This document shows, one piece after another, positions 56,880-64,000 of a stretch of DNA of 64,000 bases. Numbering within the stretch: position 1 is the first letter of the stretch; each line of letters begins with the position of its first letter. The stretch lies in contig NZ_JAPNJW010000002.1 of the NCBI RefSeq assembly GCF_026626745.1, positions 1,382,151 to 1,446,150 on the forward strand, given 5' to 3'. The position numbers were made by a program, and so were the translations under genes. This DNA comes from Nannocystis sp. RBIL2 (lineage in GTDB: Bacteria; Myxococcota_A; Polyangia; Nannocystales; Nannocystaceae). Below the pieces are notes generated by a model. The model did no database searches. It was not told the DNA's origin and was given only the letters and a program-made list of their open reading frames with translations.

Positions 56880-58118
56880 ATGACGACGAGCCCCAAGATG
56901 AACGTTCTGCTGGTCGCGCCTATCCTCGGTGGCGGGGTGGAAGCGGCGCTGGAAGTCCTGATCCGAGGCCTCGAGTCACGGGGGATCCAGTGCGGCGTCC
57001 ATGCCACGAGCGGAGCCAGTGAGCGACTGGAGAAGCACTGCTCGCTGGGAGTACACCTTGGAGCATCGCGGCCTGTCGTGGTGGATCTGCTGCGAGGTCG
57101 CTACGACCTCGTCCACGCCACTTCCCTGTGCGTTCAATCCCCGACCATGGCGCGCCTGCTCCGCTGGGCGCACGCGCTGGTGCCCACGGTCTGCACAAGT
57201 CACGGGAGCGTGGAGATCGACGTCTCGTCCGTCCCTTTCGACGCCTTCACGGGGGTCTCGTCCAGCGCGGCAGCGGCTCTGCTTCTCCCGCCTGGAGAGA
57301 CCGTGCACGTGGTGCTGAGCGGCCCGGACACGGAGCACTGCCAGCCCGGCCCGGCTAGCCCCTCGGCCCGGCCGAGGTTGCTCTGGGTCGGGCGCACGCT
57401 GGACAGCGACTGGCAGTCGAAGGATGTCCATGGCCTGCTTTATCTGGTCGCCGAAGGAGGGTTGCGTGGATTCGACGTGATCCTGCTCGACGCCGAGGAC
57501 CGGAGAGAGGCCCTGGGTCTCTCGGACTGGCTGGCTGGTCGCGTCGACTACCGCGCCGGGCGGTACTCCAAGGCAGAGATGGCGGCGCTTTATCGTGAGA
57601 CCGCCGCATCCGGCGGCGCGCTGCTCTCCACCTCGCGCGACGAAGGTCTACCCATGGTAATGTTGGAAGCGTGGGCTTGCGGCTGTCCTGTCATCGTCCC
57701 GCGCCGGGCCGGGTTCGATCTGGTTCAGGACGGCGTGAACGGCCTCGTCTTCGAGCGCTCGGAGTCGTTCGCAGGTATTCGTCGTTGCCTCGACGCCCTG
57801 CGAGATCCGGAGATGCGCGCGCGTATCGTGGCCCAGGGCCTCGCAACCATCGCGGGGACGTGCAATCCAACTGCGATGGTCAGCGGATACGAGCAGGTGT
57901 ACCGGCGCCTCCTGGCGGAAGGCCGCCGCTCCCGGCTTCGCGCCGCCTGGCGCGACGTGCTGGCCCTCCCAGGCGAACTCCTTCGCGCCATCCCTCACGC
58001 GCGCTGGGCAGGGTGGGCCGTCAGCAAGCGCTGCAGCGCGATCCGCCCCTTCGCGCGGCCACGTGGGGCGGAACCGTCGCCGCGCCGCAGCGCGAGCGAG
58101 ATCAAGCCCGAGGGATGA
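56880..58118 (+). CDS. Family 4 (GT-B) glycosyltransferase
   Basis: Part of ORF 56757..58118 from ATG 56880. LSTSRDEGLPMVMLEAWACGCPVIVPRRAGFDLVQDGVNGLVFE (EX7E-type motif). Confidence 0.85.
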   Translation: MTTSPKMNVLLVAPILGGGVEAALEVLIRGLESRGIQCGVHATSGASERLEKHCSLGVHLGASRPVVVDLLRGRYDLVHATSLCVQSPTMARLLRWAHALVPTVCTSHGSVEIDVSSVPFDAFTGVSSSAAAALLLPPGETVHVVLSGPDTEHCQPGPASPSARPRLLWVGRTLDSDWQSKDVHGLLYLVAEGGLRGFDVILLDAEDRREALGLSDWLAGRVDYRAGRYSKAEMAALYRETAASGGALLSTSRDEGLPMVMLEAWACGCPVIVPRRAGFDLVQDGVNGLVFERSESFAGIRRCLDALRDPEMRARIVAQGLATIAGTCNPTAMVSGYEQVYRRLLAEGRRSRLRAAWRDVLALPGELLRAIPHARWAGWAVSKRCSAIRPFARPRGAEPSPRRSASEIKPEG

Positions 58119-58334
58119 CTTCATCGTCACTCGCCGAGCCGTCGCGCGCGCCCGCTAGGACACGACCGCGCCGCGTCCAGAGCGCCGGCTCGCAGCCCTC
58201 GCGCGTCAACCCCTCCCGCGTGCAGCGAGGCCGCCCTCGCCCTTGAGTTTCACGATTGGTTAATCCTTGCGCCGGATCCGAGAGTACGCCCGCGTCCCGC
58301 CGAGCACGGCCCGCGCGCCGGCCTCGAGCTGGAT

Positions 58335-58645
58335 AGCCTCGGCCTCCGCGCCGCCGCGGTCGCCTGCGAGAGGCCGATGTAATTCCGAATGAAGATGAAT
58401 CCGCCGCCGGCGGGAGTATCACCGTGCGCGGGACGACGGGTTGTCCCGCGCTCCCCCACACCGTGGCCAGCTCCAGCCAAAGAGCCCTTGCGCCCTCTGG
58501 CGCTCCGGCGGTACGGCGCCGCTTCTGCTACAGTCACTCCTGGGTCAAACGACCTCGGGGACCCACCACCACCATCACATCGCGCCGCGGTCACGCAACG
58601 TTCGAACCAGGCGGGCAACGCGCCTGCCAGCAAGGAAACAGACAC
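58335..58645 (+). promoter_or_regulatory. AT-rich box / 5' leader module, copy 2
   Basis: Box at 58372-58397, a 248-nt variable spacer, then AAGGAAACAGACAC before ATG 58646. Confidence 0.6.
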
Positions 58646-59029
58646 ATGACTGACGTTAACTCCAAGGGCCCGGCCCCAACTCAGGTCCCAGCGGACATGA
58701 CGGAGAAGCCCCCCGAGACGACGGCCGAAGTCCCAGAGCAGATCAAGCCCGACACCGTCGTTGCCGACGCCCGCGACAAGCTGCTGGCAGCCATCGGCGC
58801 CGAAGCCCAGCACCTCGCGGAGAAGTCCGCCGGCCAGGCATCCACCGCCCTGGCGGAGCTCGCACACGCCTTTGCCCTGGTGACCAGCCCCAACCCCGCA
58901 GCCGCCGGCTTCACCGCTGGTCGGCGATATGTGGAGGAGCTCGCCCCGCCTAACGGTTCTCCCATTGGCGATGACTACATCGTCATCGACGTGCCCAGGC
59001 CGGTCATCACCTACTATCCCCGTACCTGA
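58646..59029 (+). CDS. Leader-family protein (MTDVNSKGPAPTQVP...), helical ADARDKLLAAIGAEAQHLAEKSAGQASTALAELAHAF segment
   Basis: Part of ORF 58424..59029 from ATG 58646. Its first 15 codons and the helical segment are shared with the 59447 ORF. Confidence 0.55.
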   Translation: MTDVNSKGPAPTQVPADMTEKPPETTAEVPEQIKPDTVVADARDKLLAAIGAEAQHLAEKSAGQASTALAELAHAFALVTSPNPAAAGFTAGRRYVEELAPPNGSPIGDDYIVIDVPRPVITYYPRT

Positions 59030-59315
59030 GGCCAGAACTGCGCCTGCGCAAGGCCGCGGCGGGCATGGCGAATCAGTCACCGCCCCAGAGCACGGGGCGG
59101 GATAAGAAGTCGCGGCCCCACTGGACTGCAGGTCGGGAACACCAACTACATGATCACCAAGGCCAAAGAACAGACCCGAGATCCGGGCCCGGAGCTGCGA
59201 GCCCGAGCCTGGTCATTCGGCGCGCAGCGCGTGACGGGAGGCATGGCGGGCGGCCTCGATCTGCACCGGCTCTGGGGAGCTGCCTTAGACGGTGGAGACG
59301 GACGCGCGCGCGCTC

Positions 59316-59446
59316 GCCGATGTACTTCCGAATGAAGATGAATCCGGCGCCGGTGGGAGTATCAGTGCTCCGGCAAGGTCCCGTGAGCGGCTCGATTCCC
59401 CCCTGGCCTCACGCCTGTGTGAAACTCGACACAAGGAGACAGACAC
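59316..59446 (+). promoter_or_regulatory. AT-rich box / 5' leader module, copy 3
   Basis: Box GCCGATGTACTTCCGAATGAAGATGA at 59316-59341. CGACACAAGGAGACAGACAC lies before ATG 59447, alignable to copy 1 with indels. Confidence 0.6.
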
Positions 59447-60001
59447 ATGACTGACGTTAACTCCAAGGGCCCGGCCCCAATTCAGGTCCCGGTGGCCGAC
59501 AGCGCGATCCCGGAGGCCGAGGGCGGCCCTGCGGCACCCACCTCGAACGCCGTCGCCGACGCCCGCGACAAGCTTCTGGCAGCCATTGGCGCCGAAGCCC
59601 AGCTCGTTGCGGAGAAGTCCGCCGGGGATGCGTCCAAGCCGCTCGCGGAACTTGCCCGCGCCTTCAACAATGTGACCATCAAGAACATGATCACCGGTAC
59701 GTCGCAAGCGGACGTCGCCCTGCTCGTGGTGCCTGCAGACCGGGGAGGATTCGAGGGCGCCTTCGCGCGTGAAACCCAAGTGAGGCTGTTGACGGCCATC
59801 GGCGGCGAAGCCCAGCACCTCGCGGAGAAGTCCGCCGGCCAGGCATCCACCGCCCTGGCGGAGCTCGCACACGCCTTTACGCTAGTAACCAGCCCCAGCC
59901 CCGCAGCCGCACGGATCGCGCTCGCGCCCGCAAGCGGCCTCACATTGATGAACGAAGTGGCGATCGACGGGAGTGTGACGGTCACGGTTAGATATCTCTG
60001 A
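59447..60001 (+). CDS. Leader-family protein with duplicated helical segment interrupted by an eEF1A/EFL-like fragment
   Basis: [15 protein letters not shown]...ADARDKLLAAIGAEAQLVAEKSAGDASKPLAELARAFNN-VTIKNMITGTSQADVALLVVPADRGGFEGAF-ARETQVRLLTAIGGEAQHLAEKSAGQASTALAELAHAF. IKNMITGTSQAD is identical to eukaryotic EF-1alpha (bacterial EF-Tu has VKNMITGAAQMD). Confidence 0.55.
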   Translation: MTDVNSKGPAPIQVPVADSAIPEAEGGPAAPTSNAVADARDKLLAAIGAEAQLVAEKSAGDASKPLAELARAFNNVTIKNMITGTSQADVALLVVPADRGGFEGAFARETQVRLLTAIGGEAQHLAEKSAGQASTALAELAHAFTLVTSPSPAAARIALAPASGLTLMNEVAIDGSVTVTVRYL

Positions 60002-60170
60002 GCGTTCGCCGGGGCGGCGTTCTTCGCGTCTGTCGCCCCCCGAAGGTCTTCGGCGACGGCGCAAAGATCGACATCCGCGACTGTGCGGACGTTCCTCGCC
60101 CCAGGCGAGCACCTCGTCAGCGCGCACCCCGGTCGGAGCGAGTTTGGCGCGGCTGGCGTATGCTTCGTAG

Positions 60171-60602
60171 ATGAACGGACCATGGTGGCTCGCGCTCGCA
60201 GCCGGACTCTTCGCCTGCGGTCCACACCCGCCGCCGAACGACGGCATGACGGACACCGGTACTAGCGCGGTCTCCACCATGGTTGAGCCGTCCTCACGGC
60301 TCGATCACCCGCAGCCCGACATGCTCCCCCCGCTGGACTGCAACGCGCGGCCGGAGGTCGCTCCGGACACTTTCTGTGATTACATCTGGAACGGCTTCGA
60401 CCCCGGAATTGTCTACGCTTGTTTAGATGGCGCCGACCCGGAACCCTGCCCGGACGCCAGTGCGCCTGAGATTTTGACGACTCTGGAAAGCTGCTTTCAG
60501 TGCTGGATCATCGACACTGTCGGGACGTGCGGGCCCGACCCCACCCGCGCGGATGCGTGCTGCTATTGGGCCCGCGGCTATTTGTACTGCCCGACCGGGT
60601 GA
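60171..60602 (+). CDS. Cys-rich lipoprotein
   Basis: 143 aa; MNGPWWLALAAGLFAC lipobox; 10 Cys; C-terminus DACCYWARGYLYCPTG. Confidence 0.7.
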   Translation: MNGPWWLALAAGLFACGPHPPPNDGMTDTGTSAVSTMVEPSSRLDHPQPDMLPPLDCNARPEVAPDTFCDYIWNGFDPGIVYACLDGADPEPCPDASAPEILTTLESCFQCWIIDTVGTCGPDPTRADACCYWARGYLYCPTG

Positions 60603-60688
60603 CGACGGGCGGCGTGTCCGCAGTCCCGCGGGCAGGCTCACGCGGGCTCACGCGGGCACACCGCTCCGCTCGCCGTGCCCCGTCGTGA

Positions 60689-61014
60689 CGGGCAGGTCGA
60701 CTTGCGCAAGGGCTTCGAGGGCCTCAGCGCGCTCGTGCAGCAGGCGCTGGGCAAGGATCCGCTGTCGGGGGCGTTGTACCTGTTCACGATTCGGCGGCGG
60801 ACGACGGCGAAGGTGCTGCCCCGCCTGGCGATGAGCCGGCGAAGAAGAAGACGGGGCACGGATGTTCGCTACCACGGACAGGAACGTGAGACGCCCGGCG
60901 AAAGGGGAAAGGGGCGCTCCGGAAACCGCGGCCTCATGTCGAGCGAGGCGCATGGCGCGGACGAGAGCGAACCGCCAGCGGACGCTGACCACGACGTATT
61001 CGTGGCGGCCGACC
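60689..61014 (+). mobile_element. IS66-orf2(tnpB)-like fragment repeat, copy 2
   Basis: Same sequence as 44230-44616, minus the 63-bp insertion. Confidence 0.65.
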
Positions 61015-62322
61015 CTTCACCGTCGCTCTCACTCCCGCTGTCCGTGGCCGTCGTGGCTCGCCCGGCCTTACCTGATCGCCTACCTCGGTGACGAGGACCG
61101 AGCCGACCGCTACCTCGACCAAAAGCAGGCGCACTTCGCCTGCGTTGGCTATCCCCGCACACTCGAGGACCGGGCGCATGTTCTCTGCGACTCGGTCCTT
61201 CCGGTCGACGATACCTTCAGCAAACCCGGTATCCAGGGCAACCCTGCCGCAGCCAGGGAACACCATGCCGGCTGGAGCGCGGTGTTCGCCGGTGAACCTC
61301 CACCACCCGGGGCCGACCCGGCGTACTTCTTCGTGCACGAAGCCCTCGAGGCATGCCTGCCCCACGCATCCCCCGGCCTCGTCGAACGCCTCCGCAGTGG
61401 CTGGCAAGACGTCGCGGATGCCTTTCTTGACGAGGCCATCCACAAGACGAGCGAGGTCGGCGCTGTGCTCACCGGCGCAGGAGCGCCCGGCCGCCCCGCC
61501 TCGCCGAGCTGCTCGGCGCGCTCGCGCGGGTGATGGGCGACGGGGTGGTGCTGCGCGCGGTGACGACGCAGGGCACAGTCACCGCGAGCATGCCGCCGGC
61601 TGCGGTGGACAACCGGTTGCCACGCGCATCGCTGCCGCCGCTCGCGCGCCGCGAGGGGCGCGAGCTGTTCGACGTCCTGCGAGAGGCGTGGGCCCTCGCC
61701 ACGCGGGGTGCTCTCGCAGATGGACCGATCGAGTGCAGCGCGCTCGCGCGGGACACCGGCACGCTGGCCGCCGGGCCGCACGAGCCGCCGCCTGTCCCGT
61801 GCGAGCCCTTCGTGCTCCCGCCCGATCCGGCGCTGACTGACGCGCTCGCGGACATCGACACGAGCAACGAGGCCGGGCTCGCGGCGGTGCTCGTCCATCC
61901 CGACCCGCGGGCACGCGTCGCGCTGATCGACGACTGGGGCGACGTGCTCGGCCACGCGCCGACGTGGGCGCGGCTGCTGGCCGATCCGTCCCCCGCCGTG
62001 CGCGCTGCCGCCGTGCGCTGCAGCGACTGCCCGCTGCCGATGCCAGCGAGCGAGCGTCACCCCGGCGTCCGTGCGTCGTCAGAACAGGCGCACCCGTGGG
62101 AACTGGCGATGCTCGCGGACCCTTCCGGAGTCCGCCGTGCGCGCCGCGGTCGCGAGGAATCTCAAGGCTCCGTCCCGCGTGCTCTGCGAGCTCGCGCGAG
62201 ACCCGGTGGCCGAGGTCCGTCGCGCCGTGGCGTGGCCGCTCTGCCTGGCCGCGTTCTCGGGGTACCGCGGCGACGCGGCGGCCCGACGCGCCCTCGAGGC
62301 GCTGGCACGGGTGCGGCGGCCC
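61015..62322 (+). pseudogene. HEAT/LRV-repeat protein gene, disrupted (IS fragments at both ends, at least two frameshifts)
   Basis: Three frames must be joined: 60862..61533 (WLARPYLIAYLGDEDRADRYL...), 61530..62417 (LAELLGALARVMGDG... read through in the +2 frame; LVHPDPRARVALI, LLADPSPAVRAAAV) and 62071.. (SAVRAAVARNLKAPSRVLCELARDPVAEVRRAVA). Confidence 0.4.
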
Positions 62323-62457
62323 GTCGTCGGTATTCGCTGGGTCCTTCACATCGGCGCCAGGAGGCGCAAGGTCCCGGCCGAGTACGGCCGGTCCACGACT
62401 GCATGGCGCTGGTATGAGCATTGGTGCGTCGACGGCACATGGCAGCGGCTTGCCGCC
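62323..62457 (+). pseudogene. IS5-family (DUF4096-type) transposase fragment
   Basis: VVGIRWVLHIGARRRKVPAEYGRSTTAWRWYEHWCVDGTWQRLAA, a paralogue of the fragment at 50497-50819. Confidence 0.5.
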
Positions 62458-62924
62458 ACACCCCGGCCCCGCCGACCCCGCGGCTGCGCGCGAGGTCGCA
62501 GCGCCCGTACACACCTCGCCGAAGTCGACGGGCTGAGCCGGGTGGGACGCGTCACGGTTGCCGCCAACGCCGGCCAGGAGGTGCTCACGCGGGCCGAGGC
62601 CGGCGCCTTCTCGCCGGCGATCGCCGCTGCGGCGCTGGCGCTCGGCACCATCGACCTCGAGCGTGGCCGCGGCGCCGAGCCGAGCGGCGATTGCACCCAC
62701 CCGAACGCGCTCTCGAGTCGCTTCATGGACGCGTCGCGGCGCAGCTTGCAAAGCTCTCCCGGCATGCAACAGTCATCCGGCACCGCAGGTGCGGTCATGC
62801 CGAGGGCGCGCGACATCATAGCCCGTGCTGTCCTGGCGACGCCGAGCCCGCCGGACGAGACCGCCGAGCCCGGCCGTCATGCGGAAGAGCGCGGCGAGCG
62901 CTTTGCTCGTCTCGGATTCGCGCG

Positions 62925-64000
62925 ATGACCTCGCCCCCTCCGTACACCATCACGGAGTCTCTCTCCCACGGCGGCAGAGCCGTTCTCTATCGCGCGATCA
63001 GGAACGCTGATGGCTGCGCGGTCGTCCTCAAGGTGCTCGATCCGCGGCGCCGCCGACCGCAGGACCTCGCGCAGCTCAAGCTCGAATACGAGATCGGAAC
63101 GCGGCTCGCCTCCCCGGCCGTCGTCAGGCCGCTCGCCCTCGAGACGTACCAGGGCATGCCGGCCCTCGTCCTGGAAGACTTCGGCGGAGAGGCACTCGAC
63201 GCCTCGCTCGGGGCACCGATGGCGGTGGACCGCTTTCTCTCGCTCGCGCTCGGCATCGCGGGGGCGGTCGCGGACGTTCACCGGCAGGGCGTCGTCCACA
63301 GGGACCTCAAGCCCGCCAACATCCTCGTCAACCCCGCGACGGGTGAGGTCAAGCTCGCCGACTTCGGGCTCGCGTCCCGCCTCCCGCGCGAGCATCAGCC
63401 CGTGTGCCTCATCGAGGGCTCGTTGCCCTACCTGTCGCCCGAACAGACGGGGCGAATGAACCGCGCGATCGACAACCGCGCCGATCTCTACTCTCTGGGC
63501 GTCACGTTCTATCAGATGCTCACCGGAGAGCTCCCCTTCGAGGCGAAGGATCCGGTGGAGTGGGTCCATTGTCACGTCGCCCGTGTTCCTCCGTCCCCTG
63601 CCGAGCTCGTCTCCGAAGTGCCCGAGCCCCTCGCGCGCGTCGTGCTGAAGCTCCTCGCCAAGATGCCCGAGGATCGCTACCAGAGCGCCGGCGGTCTCTC
63701 GGCCGATCTGGAGCGCTGTCGGATCCAGTGGCAGGCGTGCGGGCGGATCGAGCCGTTCCCGCTCGGTCGGGACGATGTTTCGGACCGCTTGCTGATCCCG
63801 CACAAGCTCTACGGGCGCGAGCGGGAGACCGCCGCGCTGCTGGCCGCTTTCGACGCCGTGGCCGCGACGGGCGCGCCGGCGCTGGTGACGGTGTCCGGCT
63901 ATTCGGGGGTAGGCAAGAGCGCCCTGGTCAATGCCTTGCACAAACCGATCGTGGAGAAGCGGGGATATTTCATCGCCGGCAAGTTTGACCAGTACAAGCG
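62925..64000 (+). CDS. Ser/Thr protein kinase fused to AAA/P-loop ATPase domain (partial, continues beyond window)
   Basis: Not in the ORF track (no stop in the window). ATG 62925: MTSPPPYTITESLSHGGRAVLYRA...; HRDLKPANILV, DFGLAS, PYLSPEQ; then LYGRERE...VSGYSGVGKSALV (Walker A). Confidence 0.9.
   Translation, partial: MTSPPPYTITESLSHGGRAVLYRAIRNADGCAVVLKVLDPRRRRPQDLAQLKLEYEIGTRLASPAVVRPLALETYQGMPALVLEDFGGEALDASLGAPMAVDRFLSLALGIAGAVADVHRQGVVHRDLKPANILVNPATGEVKLADFGLASRLPREHQPVCLIEGSLPYLSPEQTGRMNRAIDNRADLYSLGVTFYQMLTGELPFEAKDPVEWVHCHVARVPPSPAELVSEVPEPLARVVLKLLAKMPEDRYQSAGGLSADLERCRIQWQACGRIEPFPLGRDDVSDRLLIPHKLYGRERETAALLAAFDAVAATGAPALVTVSGYSGVGKSALVNALHKPIVEKRGYFIAGKFDQYK

Noticed and set aside
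58762-59885. A diversity-generating retroelement (template/variable repeat) explanation for the duplicated helical segment.
   Set aside because: Differences between the copies are not restricted to adenine positions. One pair is DNA-identical. No reverse transcriptase ORF (YxDD) was seen anywhere in the window.
62346-62819. A minus-strand 157-aa ORF with KRLESAFGWV, vaguely like the C-terminus of IS5/IS4 transposases.
   Set aside because: The similarity is too short and weak to support without a search.

Overview
High-G+C window that looks myxobacterial: a MYXO-CTERM-type sorting tail, a Myxococcus cysteine-rich repeat, and many Ser/Thr kinases, ECF sigma factors and lipoproteins. All homology calls come from reading the translated ORFs from memory of protein families; no database search was run. 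Start codons are best guesses. Layout: (1) 1-7507 is the tail of an aryl-polyene/flexirubin-type lipid-pigment cluster (thioesterase, ammonia-lyase, LpxL-type acyltransferase, GT2, ligase-hotdog fusion, membrane protein, ACP, FabG) with 4-nt start/stop overlaps. (2) 7.7-19.7 kb holds core-like genes: a DUF2325-type protein, a membrane protein plus XRE pair, a PDZ lipoprotein, an M16 peptidase, two zinc-ribbon proteins, an SDR and an S41 peptidase. (3) At 20276/20277 a tyrosine integrase gene abuts a 5'-truncated TetR gene. From there to about 62.9 kb the window is an accessory mosaic. It contains an M36/PA/MYXO-CTERM protease, a PAS-STAS protein, an ECF sigma with a family of Cys-rich lipoproteins, a sigma-kinase operon, DUF1653, an SMI1/KNR4 protein, a MACPF-like/jacalin protein, an osmC gene embedded in scrambled IS66 fragments, IS5-type fragments, a GSCFA-WcbI-GT4 cassette, and the start of a large kinase-AAA protein. 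Most unusual observations: (a) A repeated AT-rich box plus RBS plus 15-codon leader module (3 full copies, 1 box-only copy) is fused to unrelated payloads. One payload is an N-terminal OB-domain fragment of a gamma/beta-proteobacterial-type ribosomal protein S1. Another is an internal eEF1A/EFL-type GTPase fragment. (b) Short arrays of a CATG(TCC) motif with a strict 14-bp period (usually 3 units, 42 bp) occur at gene boundaries and in frame inside coding regions, together with related TGTCC-N4-GGACA hairpins. (c) A 93-bp in-frame segment bounded by 9-bp direct repeats sits in an interdomain linker. No rRNA, tRNA or CRISPR array was recognised.
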